From an uncultured Verrucomicrobiota bacterium (GTDB lineage Bacteria; Verrucomicrobiota; Kiritimatiellia; CAIVKH01): a DNA stretch of 64,000 bases. A program made the position numbers and the translations under genes. Shown here piece after piece: positions 30,114 through 39,499 of this stretch. Under the pieces are notes generated by a model. That model worked only from the letters and a program-made list of their open reading frames with translations. It was not told where the DNA came from and did not search any database. Where the stretch lies: positions 4,960-68,959 of the forward strand of contig CAYYAR010000018.1 in assembly GCA_964470065.1 (NCBI GenBank). The letters are read 5' to 3'. Positions within the stretch are counted from its first letter, which is position 1, and every line of letters begins with the position of its first letter.

Positions 30114-33100
30114 TTACGGCTGGTTCTCAAGCTCCACCTTGAACCGGTAGTAGCGATTGGTGGAGGTTGGCGCATCGCGATCGGTGACCGTGCGGATATC
30201 GCCGTTACCGGCCACCGGATTAGACTGACCGGGCGGCAAGTTATTCACCAGGGACCACGTTTGATTGGTCAGCCGCACCACATACTCGACGGTATAGAGG
30301 CGACCGGTAACCGTGGCAAAGGTGATGGTTAAGCCGTTGGTGTTCACCGCGGACGACGTCGCCTCCACCACGCTGTCCGGATTGTTCGGATCGAGGCCGG
30401 CTATATAGGACTCCAGCAGGGTGTTGACGCCGTTCGACGACATGGTCGTGTTGACATTTACATCCGATGCATACCCGTTGTCCGCGAGCCACGATACGGG
30501 CACACCGTCATTCAAAGTAATGAGCTCCTCGAAGCCAAGGGTGATCACCGTATTGCCGGTAATTTCGATTTCCACCTGCTCGGTCTGGGCCTGGTTGCGG
30601 CGATTATAGGTCGTCATGCCGGCGCTTTGATCGCTCGCACCCTGATTGACTGTCGAACCGGCTGCGGTCCGGACAAAAGCCCGGAGCGGACCGTCGCTGG
30701 CATTGTTGAGCAGATGGAGATTCGTCGCGCTCGCCTGCTCCACCTCCAAATGCTGGTGTCCATGCATCATGAGATCGAGCAAGTTGGGTGACAAGCCAAA
30801 GCGGACATACATCCGGTTGGGTCCGTTCATCGTGTAGGCGGCGGTGAGCTTGCCTTCGGCGGCGGACGGCAGGGAAATTTCCTTCGTGACCCCGCCGTAA
30901 CTGAATACCCATCCGGTTTTGCCGGTCGCGCTGCCCACGCTGTAGGTGGCATTGACGTGCGCGTTGCTACCATTCACGCCGGTGATGACCCACCAATCTT
31001 TGAAGCCGCTGGTGCGGAAGGCGAGCACGTTGGTCGTGCCGCCGCTGATGATATCGTTCGAGGCCCCTTCGTCCTCGGTGTCGGTGTTGGCATACGAGGC
31101 AAAGTTGCCGGCAACCTGCCACACCTTGCCGGCATCACTCCGCAACCAGGCAGCCGTCATCCGTCCGCCCCGTGCCTCAAACAGGGCAAACACCCGGCGG
31201 TTGTAGAGCATGTATTCATTTGCACCGTCGAGGTCGACATCCGCCGCCTCGGAACCGAGCGTGGCGGCGTTTGCGGTGGAAGCCCATTGCTGCACGCGCG
31301 CGTATATCGCGGCGTGGCGCGTCTGCGCCTGGGCATATCGGGCGAAGTCGGCCAGGGCTTGTCCGCTTTGCGATGCGGGGGTTATGTAGTCACCGGTGCT
31401 GAACTTGCTTAGATCTGTCGATTGCGCCGGGAAATGGAAGGCGGTCTGGAACATCGCGCCGCCGATGACCGAGCGGGCCAGCTGCGTCAGATTGGAGGAG
31501 GCCAGATTCGTCACCGAGCTCCAGGCGGTATGCGCGTGGCCACTCTGGCCGACGCGACCGAAATTCGTGGCGGATCCGAATCGATTTGTAGCCAGCCGGG
31601 TGTACCAATTGTCATAGTTTTCCGTGGTCGCCCAATCCACCCAGTCCTTGGCGCTCTGCTCAAGGGTGATTCCCGTGCCGCGGTCAACCGATCCCCAGTT
31701 GTAGTAAATATTTCCGTCCATGCCCACGTAGGCGATTTCCTCGGCGGCAATCTGGTTCGCCGTTACCACGCGGATCCACGGGCGGCCGCCCAGCCAGCGC
31801 ACATTGGCCTCGTAGGCATCGGCTTTCGTCCCATTCTGGAAGTCGCCCATGTCTCGCCACAGCACCACCACCTGATTCTGCACACCGCCGCGCGCGCGGC
31901 GCGACAACAGTTGACGCACCGGCATGCTTGATCCGGAATCAAGCACCTGGTCCAGATAGTCCGAAGTGACGTCGTGAATCGGGAAAAGCTTGATTCCGTT
32001 GACCTGGTTGATCTGGTATCCACCGGTGCCCAAGGCGCTGGTCCGGCCAAACCATTTCACGAGATGCCGCATCTGGTCGGCAAAGGTGAAATCATATCCC
32101 ATTCCGCCGATCTGCGTCAGCGCCTCCGCATCGAGCACCCGCTCCGAGGACCAGAAGACATCCGGCGAGGCGGCGCCGCTGCCATAGATTGTGTTGAGGA
32201 ACTGATCCGACAGGGCTTTGTTGTCGTTATTGAACGACTGCGGGAAATACTTCACCACATGATCGGCAAACGTGGAACCGACCAGATCAATCCGGTTGGT
32301 CGCCACCAGGGCGCGAATGCGGGCATTCAGCGCGGCGCCGTCGTTCGTGGCGCCCGCGGACGGATTAACCGCCCACTGCAACGCCGAAGCCATCGACGGC
32401 GTGATGTGCATGGTCAGCGGCGCGTTGTAGTCTTCGTGGATCTTCAGCAGCCGCTGATAGCCGTTATTGCCATTCTGCACCAGCGATTGCATGACGCTGG
32501 CCGGCTGGATGGACTGGTTGCCGTGGGCGAGCAGCATGACCTTGGCATTCTTGTTGCGGTCATTCGCCCCGCTTCGTCCAAAGTAGCCGCTGAGCTTTCC
32601 GTTGAGGATGATGTTGTCCTGGTCCTTCCAGTAATCGGACGCGAGCCAGTCATCGTAGATCGTATCGCGGATATCGTTGCGTCCCCCGATATCACCGGTG
32701 CCGGCACCGGTGGTGTTCGGCTTGGTCGTAAAGACCTGGAAGTTCAGGTTGCTGATGTTGCCGAGCCATCCGGCATCTACCAGGTGGCGACGTTCGATGC
32801 CGATTTCGACGGCATCATACAGGGATGACCAGGCCACCTGATTCAAGTTGCCATCGAACCCGCGCGCCTCCACACCGCCCTCGGTCAGCGGATTCTGATA
32901 CTGCGTGGTCGTGTTCTGGGCCGGATTGAGATCAACAAAGATCGAGCCGAAATTATTGTTATAGGCGGCCACGATCACTTCCCAGCGCATGTCGGTCGCG
33001 ATGTCGACCTCGTTCGGGATCGATCGCTCACCGACGGCCGGGTTGCCGGTATCGATCACCACATACGCATCCACTTCGCCTTCCCATGCGTTGGCTTCGA

Positions 33101-36100
33101 GATCGAGAAAATCGATGCGGAAATAAACGAGGCCATCACCGCCCGCCGAGACATCGCCGCCATCGCGCATCGAGAAGGCCACGATATCGCGCGAATTGTC
33201 CGTGCTGTTCCAGGAGCGGTAGACGTCGGCGCCCTGGCTGCCGCCCTCGTTGTACTCGTCGAGCACGAGGAGGTCACGATGATTCCAATCGGCAAAGGAT
33301 CCGATGTTGATGGTGCCCTCGCCGGCGGTCGGCGGCACGAGATCGTTGCGCCGCGGATTGGTGCCGGAGGCGAGTTCCTGCGCATTGCTGAAACCATCGC
33401 CGTCCGGATCGCCGGCCGGTCCGTTGTCCACCGAGCCTGCGCCATCGAAGCGGTAGCTGAAGGTTCCGTTATCGAGCGGATCCAGCGAGTAGGTTGACTC
33501 CCAACCATCCGGCAATCCGTCGCCATCCGTGTCGTCGTTCAGCGGATCGGTTTCCGTCCAGAGTTCACCGGCGTTGTGCACGCGGTTGCTATTCGTGTCG
33601 CCGTCGATGCGACCATTGAAATTCTTGTCTTCGCCGTAACCATCCACGAGTCCATCGCCGTCGGAGTCGGCCTTGGTCGGGCTGGTCTCCGTCCAGGTTT
33701 CGAAGCTTTCGATGATATTGTTTGGCCAGTCGCCGGTATTTGGACGCGCGGTCTGGTATTGCGCGATCGTCGCGGTCAGGGGGAGTGGTTTCCCGTCGCC
33801 ATCGGTCCAGCCGTTGCGGTTGGCATCTTCCACGCCGTCGGGAATGCCATCGCCGTCGGTGTCGGGATTGGTCGGGTCGGTTACCGAGCCGGCGGCCTGC
33901 CGGGTGCGGCTATCGCCCTGGCTTTGCGATCCGACGCCCGGAACGGCAGGATGGTTTTCCACCACGGCGTATAGCGGTGGATCCAGATCACCGATGAAGT
34001 TCTTGTAGCCGTCGCCGTTCGTATCCACCGCCGTATCGGTCGGCGGACTGGACGCTGTCCGCCATCCCACCTCGAGCGCATCAGGCAGCAGATCGCCATC
34101 GCTATCCGGACTGGTCGGGATGGTACGGCCCGATGCATACCAGATATGCACATCGCCGTTGTTCCAGGTTTCGGCGTTACCGGCCGGCAGATCTTCCTTG
34201 TTCGTCTCCGTGAGGTCGTTCAGGCCATCGTGGTCATCGTCATTGTCCGCTATGCCGTCCGCATCAACAATCTCGCGGAGGATCACCCGGGCATTCCGGT
34301 ACGTCTCCGTCACCTGTGCATTCAAGGTGGCCGTGGCCTTGAGCTGATAATTGCCCGGCGCGTTGATCCGCCACGTGTAGTCCCACACCTTGACCTTGCC
34401 GTTGATTGACACATTGACCCCGTCACGCACACCGTTGGCGTTGCCGTCCGTGAACGGCTCCGCGGCGTCGCGAACACCATTGGTGTTGATATCAAAGAAA
34501 TTCTCTCCTGCGTCGAACACGCCATTGGTATTGAGATCGACGTACACTTCGCCGGCATCCCACAACCAGTTGGTGGGCGCCAGATCCGTGAAGGTTTCGC
34601 CGGCGTCCCACACCCCGTTGGTATTCAGATCCACGAAGGGTTCGGGGGCGTCCCACACGCCATTGGTGTTGGTATCGGAGGTCGGCTCGATGTCGTCCCA
34701 GCGTCCGTTGCCATTCAAGTCCGTAAATGGCTCTTCAAACAAAATGATCGACGGATTACCGGTGAGCACGAGATCCGTCACATTGGTGCTGGTTTCCACC
34801 CGCACCACATAATCCAGCTGATCAGTGCCGGGCACGTCCGGGAGAATAATTTCGGTCTGGCGACCGTCGGACCCCAGCTCGGTCGGCCGGGTGATGCGCA
34901 CAAACGGCCTGGTACTCGGATTGGCTTTGACCATGCGGAACGCGTCGATGGTCCGGGCATCCGGGAACGTGTAGGTCACGATCAGGGTGTGCAGAAAATC
35001 GGCCACATCGTTGTACAGATTCGGCAAGGGAATGGCCAATTCATGGTACTGACTGTCGATGTCGTAATTGATCGTAAAATTATCGCGGGTTTGCGCGACC
35101 GGATCGCGCGGCGATCCGCTCTCGGTGCTGGCAATGCTCAGGGTAAAGCGGTTCTTGAGCGAGGTGGAATCGGTTCCGTCGGCCAGCGACTTGGTAAAGT
35201 ACACCTTCATCGTATAGTTATCATCGACGCGATCGCCGTCGTTCTGCGGCCAGGCGATGTTCACGCGCTGGTCGGGGCCGCGGGTGTTCACCGTGCGGGT
35301 GAGTTCCGTCACGTGCGCATTGGTGGGCGATAGCGTCATGTTGCGCGAGGAGGAGGCTTCGAGCAGGCGAATCGAGATCGTCGCGTTGCTGGTCGCGGGA
35401 ATATTGACGTACCGGAAGCGCCACTCCTTCATATAGTTGGTATTGACGATGTTTGAGCTGGGCGACACTTCCGTGGCTTGGCCCCACCCCTGCACCAGGT
35501 TGGTTGTATAGGTTCCGTTGCCATCCAGGTCGGTGAATTTCTCGCCGGGATCCCGCTGGTTGTTGCCGTTGTCATCCTCAAAGGGTTCGAAGCCGGTGCC
35601 GTTGCCGTTGATCTGCCGCGTGGCGGAATCATTATTGCCGGGATCGGAGTCGGCGATATGGACCCAGACTTCATCGACGGTGAAGTCGGTGCGAATAACC
35701 ATATCGTAACTGGATCCGCCCATTTCATCGCCGTTGTTCGCCGGGAACATCAACTGCCCGCCCGGCGTGACCGCGTCATAATAGAATGGCTGAACGAAGG
35801 TCTGATAAAGCGCGGCTTGCGTGTCCTCGTTGCGGTTCAAGAACGCACGGGCCCGCACGACGTGGAATCCTTCCGGCAGGCCGACCTGCATCGCCCAGGG
35901 CCAATTGGTGTAATCCTGGCCGAGCGTGGGAATGCGCGCGTAATCGTTGTGCGGGAAAAATTCGGCAGTGGCCGGGTTGAAATCGGTCACCCGGAACGTG
36001 GTCAGCATCCGCTTCTTGTAGGCGACCTCTGTCGGACCCGACGGCCACCACGAGGATGCCCCGGTCTTGTGGAATCCGATCTTGTAAGTGAATGTCACGC

Positions 36101-38672
36101 TATTCGCCGGGCGAGGCAAGGCTGCCGTGCTCCACCAATCATCGCCATTCTCTCCGTGACGGTAATTTATCTCGGCCACCCTGGTATTGCCGCGCCCGAT
36201 GCCACCGGCGCCTTCCGGGTAGGTTCCATCAAGGGTGTAATACAGGAACCCCTTGAATCCGCTGCCGACCGGATTGCTCTTGACCCAGATTGTGAAATTG
36301 GTGCCGGCATCGTCGAGCTGCTTGGGCGGCGAGGCGATCCCGCCGACATTCGCATCCGGATCGTGGTACACCCACGATGCCTGGTTGCCGCTTTCGGTTC
36401 CGTAATTATTGGCATTGGTCGGCCCATTATTGATGGTTAGCGCGCCGCCCAGCACCTTGACGTAGGTCTCGGCGCCGGGGGATCCGATCTGGCAGCGAAC
36501 CGTGTCCTTCGCGGCAAATTTTTCCGGATGCTGGCGGTCGACAAACAGCGGCTGCTCGTAGCCGAGCCAGATGTCGCTGTACAAACCGGGCGGAAAGTCG
36601 CGATTGGCCGGTTGACTGCCGCTTCCGTTCAAATCAACGCCGCCGTTCAACTTCAGGCGAATGTTTTCCGCCGATCCGTCGGCGCGGGCAAGAATGGTTA
36701 CGGGACCGCTCTTCACCACGGGAATCGTGGTTTGGTAGGAGTAATCATCCGGCGTCGTGCCATTGGGATAGCCGCGATTCGACAGGCCATACGGATTGAA
36801 ACTGATGTCGCCATCGGGACCGTCTTTCCGGGTCACGGTAATCCGCGAAGCTTCAATACCATTTTGATAGAAGGTTACGGCCGCCTGGGGCCACAAGGTG
36901 GACAATTCCGGCGTGCGATACGAGAAAACATAATACCCGCCAGGCGGCACGATTACCGAGTTGAGCTCACCGCCATACTTGTAGAATCCGGTCATGAAAG
37001 AACCGTTGGGCCCTTCGGCATACTGGTACAGATACGCACCATTCGGAAAGCTGGTCGCGATCGAGCGGGCCTGGCCTTGCGCCGTGTTGTCGTTCATCAT
37101 CATGACCATGGTGATTTCATCCGCCGCAGTCCCGCTCCGCGTATTGCCGAACTTGTCCCGGTTATCGCGGCGCTCAAAGGCGAGGTAATCGCCATCCGAC
37201 CAGCGCCCCTCCTGCAACCCGCGGGCAAAATCGTTGTGAATTTTCAGGATATTCGGGATACGCGGATCAGCGAATTGCCCGAGAAATTGCGTGTTGGCAT
37301 GACGCGGAAAGGCGCCGCCGGATTCGCCGAGGGTTTCCGCCTTGTAGTACCCGTCGGAATAAATGAGGCCCATGCCTTCGCGGGTCATGTAGTAGGCGTG
37401 CTGCCATTCCTTTTGGGCGGCAAAATCGCTGTCATGGCTGTTGGCATGCGTCACGCCCAGGTTCGCGGCAAAGCCACCCGCGCCCGGAGCGTCCAACCCG
37501 GCCAGCGTGGCTCCCGGATTTCCAAGCGTGTTGTTCAACTTGCTGCGGAGATCGTTGTCCACCAGCCTCATGCCCGCATCCCAGTAACCGCCGTAACCGG
37601 GCGGTTGACCAAGATGCTCGCCAAACACCATCGCATCATCACGACCCCTTTTATCCTCGAACACGGAATCGCGGTGGTTGTCCCAATCCGAAAATCCGCG
37701 CGTGATATTGAACTGCCATTGCACCCCGCCCAGATAGCCGGCATTGCTGCCATCCTTGCCGGCGCCTGATTGCTGCCCGAAAAAGTAGTCGGGCACGTGC
37801 TTGACCGCGTCGAGACGGAGGCCGTCGGCCTTGGTGCGATTGATCTTCCAGCGCGCCGCGCGGATCAGGTAGGCGCCGACGTCTTCGGTAAAGGCACCGG
37901 GATTGGCAAGAACATAATCGCGGGCCTTCAAGCGGAGTTGCTCCGCAGTCGGGTTGTTGGTCCCGCCGGCGATGTATTCCGCGCGGGCCTGATCGATCAG
38001 CACGCCAAAGTATTGGGTATTTCCATCTTTATCCTTATCGTATTGCTCCGGCCGCTCAAGGTCGCGGATGAACGAATACTTGGGGTGGGTGGATCCCTCG
38101 CTGGTGCCGTGGTTGGCGTTCGGGGTCTCGTGCGCGATGTCGATCAGGTCGGCCAAGCCGAGGTTCTGCACCTGCCAGGAGCTGCCCCAGTCGCGGGTGT
38201 TGTCCCACTTGCGGTAGAATCCGTCTTCGGTTTTGCGGAGGTGAAAATCCTCCGGAACCATGCCGGGGTAAATATCGATGGCGGTATCTTCGTTGTAACC
38301 CGGCACATCGAAGGCACGATGGTTCATGATGTTATCGAAATACACCCGGATGCCGAACCGGTGCGCAGTCTCGATCATGCGTAATAATTGCGCCTCGGTG
38401 CCATAGCGCGTACTGACGGAACCGCGCTGGTCCTTGGATCCCAAATCAAACGGATCCCACAAATCATACCCCACGGACAAACCACCCGAACCCTTGGTCG
38501 GGGGCGGAAGCCACAAGGAAGTGTAGCCGGCTTCAGCCAGCTCGGGCATCTTTCGGGTGATCTCGGCGTAGGAGACATTGAACAATTGCAACAACGCCTC
38601 GCCCCTGACCTCGCCAGCCCATCCGGCCAGAAGGAACAAGCACCATGTAGCTACTCTATATTTGCGATCCAT
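30114..38672 (-). CDS. Giant (2852 aa) secreted alpha-amylase. N-terminal GH13_5-like catalytic module, then long beta-rich regions and arrays of thrombospondin type-3 (Ca-binding DxDxDGxxD) repeats, and a C-terminal ~75-aa domain shared with the 10498 gene.
   Basis: Signal peptide. YTSLWLPPPTKGSGGLSVGYDLWDPFDLGSKDQRGSVSTRYGT...VYFDNIMNHR matches Bacillus-type GH13 amylases. Repeated D(x)DGDG(I/L)PD and NTNGVWDAGE units lie at about 33.4-34.8 kb. The C-terminal ...NRYYRFKVELENQP parallels ...TEFYRVRGQ of the 10498 gene. Confidence 0.85.
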   Translation of the reverse strand: MDRKYRVATWCLFLLAGWAGEVRGEALLQLFNVSYAEITRKMPELAEAGYTSLWLPPPTKGSGGLSVGYDLWDPFDLGSKDQRGSVSTRYGTEAQLLRMIETAHRFGIRVYFDNIMNHRAFDVPGYNEDTAIDIYPGMVPEDFHLRKTEDGFYRKWDNTRDWGSSWQVQNLGLADLIDIAHETPNANHGTSEGSTHPKYSFIRDLERPEQYDKDKDGNTQYFGVLIDQARAEYIAGGTNNPTAEQLRLKARDYVLANPGAFTEDVGAYLIRAARWKINRTKADGLRLDAVKHVPDYFFGQQSGAGKDGSNAGYLGGVQWQFNITRGFSDWDNHRDSVFEDKRGRDDAMVFGEHLGQPPGYGGYWDAGMRLVDNDLRSKLNNTLGNPGATLAGLDAPGAGGFAANLGVTHANSHDSDFAAQKEWQHAYYMTREGMGLIYSDGYYKAETLGESGGAFPRHANTQFLGQFADPRIPNILKIHNDFARGLQEGRWSDGDYLAFERRDNRDKFGNTRSGTAADEITMVMMMNDNTAQGQARSIATSFPNGAYLYQYAEGPNGSFMTGFYKYGGELNSVIVPPGGYYVFSYRTPELSTLWPQAAVTFYQNGIEASRITVTRKDGPDGDISFNPYGLSNRGYPNGTTPDDYSYQTTIPVVKSGPVTILARADGSAENIRLKLNGGVDLNGSGSQPANRDFPPGLYSDIWLGYEQPLFVDRQHPEKFAAKDTVRCQIGSPGAETYVKVLGGALTINNGPTNANNYGTESGNQASWVYHDPDANVGGIASPPKQLDDAGTNFTIWVKSNPVGSGFKGFLYYTLDGTYPEGAGGIGRGNTRVAEINYRHGENGDDWWSTAALPRPANSVTFTYKIGFHKTGASSWWPSGPTEVAYKKRMLTTFRVTDFNPATAEFFPHNDYARIPTLGQDYTNWPWAMQVGLPEGFHVVRARAFLNRNEDTQAALYQTFVQPFYYDAVTPGGQLMFPANNGDEMGGSSYDMVIRTDFTVDEVWVHIADSDPGNNDSATRQINGNGTGFEPFEDDNGNNQRDPGEKFTDLDGNGTYTTNLVQGWGQATEVSPSSNIVNTNYMKEWRFRYVNIPATSNATISIRLLEASSSRNMTLSPTNAHVTELTRTVNTRGPDQRVNIAWPQNDGDRVDDNYTMKVYFTKSLADGTDSTSLKNRFTLSIASTESGSPRDPVAQTRDNFTINYDIDSQYHELAIPLPNLYNDVADFLHTLIVTYTFPDARTIDAFRMVKANPSTRPFVRITRPTELGSDGRQTEIILPDVPGTDQLDYVVRVETSTNVTDLVLTGNPSIILFEEPFTDLNGNGRWDDIEPTSDTNTNGVWDAPEPFVDLNTNGVWDAGETFTDLAPTNWLWDAGEVYVDLNTNGVFDAGENFFDINTNGVRDAAEPFTDGNANGVRDGVNVSINGKVKVWDYTWRINAPGNYQLKATATLNAQVTETYRNARVILREIVDADGIADNDDDHDGLNDLTETNKEDLPAGNAETWNNGDVHIWYASGRTIPTSPDSDGDLLPDALEVGWRTASSPPTDTAVDTNGDGYKNFIGDLDPPLYAVVENHPAVPGVGSQSQGDSRTRQAAGSVTDPTNPDTDGDGIPDGVEDANRNGWTDGDGKPLPLTATIAQYQTARPNTGDWPNNIIESFETWTETSPTKADSDGDGLVDGYGEDKNFNGRIDGDTNSNRVHNAGELWTETDPLNDDTDGDGLPDGWESTYSLDPLDNGTFSYRFDGAGSVDNGPAGDPDGDGFSNAQELASGTNPRRNDLVPPTAGEGTINIGSFADWNHRDLLVLDEYNEGGSQGADVYRSWNSTDNSRDIVAFSMRDGGDVSAGGDGLVYFRIDFLDLEANAWEGEVDAYVVIDTGNPAVGERSIPNEVDIATDMRWEVIVAAYNNNFGSIFVDLNPAQNTTTQYQNPLTEGGVEARGFDGNLNQVAWSSLYDAVEIGIERRHLVDAGWLGNISNLNFQVFTTKPNTTGAGTGDIGGRNDIRDTIYDDWLASDYWKDQDNIILNGKLSGYFGRSGANDRNKNAKVMLLAHGNQSIQPASVMQSLVQNGNNGYQRLLKIHEDYNAPLTMHITPSMASALQWAVNPSAGATNDGAALNARIRALVATNRIDLVGSTFADHVVKYFPQSFNNDNKALSDQFLNTIYGSGAASPDVFWSSERVLDAEALTQIGGMGYDFTFADQMRHLVKWFGRTSALGTGGYQINQVNGIKLFPIHDVTSDYLDQVLDSGSSMPVRQLLSRRARGGVQNQVVVLWRDMGDFQNGTKADAYEANVRWLGGRPWIRVVTANQIAAEEIAYVGMDGNIYYNWGSVDRGTGITLEQSAKDWVDWATTENYDNWYTRLATNRFGSATNFGRVGQSGHAHTAWSSVTNLASSNLTQLARSVIGGAMFQTAFHFPAQSTDLSKFSTGDYITPASQSGQALADFARYAQAQTRHAAIYARVQQWASTANAATLGSEAADVDLDGANEYMLYNRRVFALFEARGGRMTAAWLRSDAGKVWQVAGNFASYANTDTEDEGASNDIISGGTTNVLAFRTSGFKDWWVITGVNGSNAHVNATYSVGSATGKTGWVFSYGGVTKEISLPSAAEGKLTAAYTMNGPNRMYVRFGLSPNLLDLMMHGHQHLEVEQASATNLHLLNNASDGPLRAFVRTAAGSTVNQGASDQSAGMTTYNRRNQAQTEQVEIEITGNTVITLGFEELITLNDGVPVSWLADNGYASDVNVNTTMSSNGVNTLLESYIAGLDPNNPDSVVEATSSAVNTNGLTITFATVTGRLYTVEYVVRLTNQTWSLVNNLPPGQSNPVAGNGDIRTVTDRDAPTSTNRYYRFKVELENQP

Positions 38673-38831
38673 CTCTGTACCCCACGCTCTGCTTAACCAT
38701 ACCCAGCCGGCCGGAAAAACTCAAATAAAACCGTTCTACCAAATAGGCTCTTTTAAAAGGCAGTTGCTTTTATTATCATTACCGCTGTGAATAGTTGTGT
38801 GTAACGAACCATCAATCCCATGGAGTTATTC

Positions 38832-39479
38832 ATGAAATCGACCTTCATTCCGTGTTTTTTTGCCCTGCTGATGCTGGGGACGGGCTTCGCCCGCGCCCAA
38901 GTGCCCTCCACCGTCGAGGTATCTCCTGACCTCGGAATCGCCGTAGTAACCGATATGCCCGGAACGGGCGATTATGACCTGTATGACCTCGGACTGACGG
39001 CGGAACTGCAGTTTCGGGACTGGGCCCGTCATCCCTGGGGTTACGCCATGGCCATCGGTTACGGCGAGTGGACCACCGACCGCAGCGCCGACAGCCCCGG
39101 GTCCCGCCTCTATGACTTCGAGGGCAACCTCGAAATCGTCCCCTTCGGCGTATCCGCACTGTACAAGGCGTATGCCGACCCCACTTGGTCTTTGATCTTC
39201 GAGGCTGGAGCCCGCTATATCGTGGCCGACTCGAAGATCGACGCCCGCAACTACGATCAGGATCCGGAAAACCGCTACAACCTCACCATCGACGACTCCT
39301 TGCTCTTCACCGCCGGCGCCAACGCCGACTATGCCATCAGCCCGGATATCATATGCTCGTTTGGCTTGGGCTACCGGAGCGATATCATACGCGGCGAGGT
39401 AAACACTGAGTTCGGTCCGGCCCGGGACAACATCATGGAGTCCCTCTACTTCTCCGCGGTAATTCGCAAGCGGCTGTAA
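38832..39479 (+). CDS. Outer-membrane beta-barrel protein (OmpW/OmpA-like small porin fold).
   Basis: Signal peptide MKSTFIPCFFALLMLGTGFARAQ, alternating amphipathic beta-strands, and a C-terminal aromatic residue pattern. Confidence 0.55.
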   Translation: MKSTFIPCFFALLMLGTGFARAQVPSTVEVSPDLGIAVVTDMPGTGDYDLYDLGLTAELQFRDWARHPWGYAMAIGYGEWTTDRSADSPGSRLYDFEGNLEIVPFGVSALYKAYADPTWSLIFEAGARYIVADSKIDARNYDQDPENRYNLTIDDSLLFTAGANADYAISPDIICSFGLGYRSDIIRGEVNTEFGPARDNIMESLYFSAVIRKRL

Positions 39480-39499
39480 TCGTCGCAATCGCTCTTCGC

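Noticed and set aside
31974-38384. Many 100-400-aa plus-strand ORFs (for example 35478-36440 and 36528-37769).
   Set aside because: All lie antisense inside the 8.6-kb amylase ORF, whose frame is continuous and carries recognisable GH13 and TSP3 motifs.
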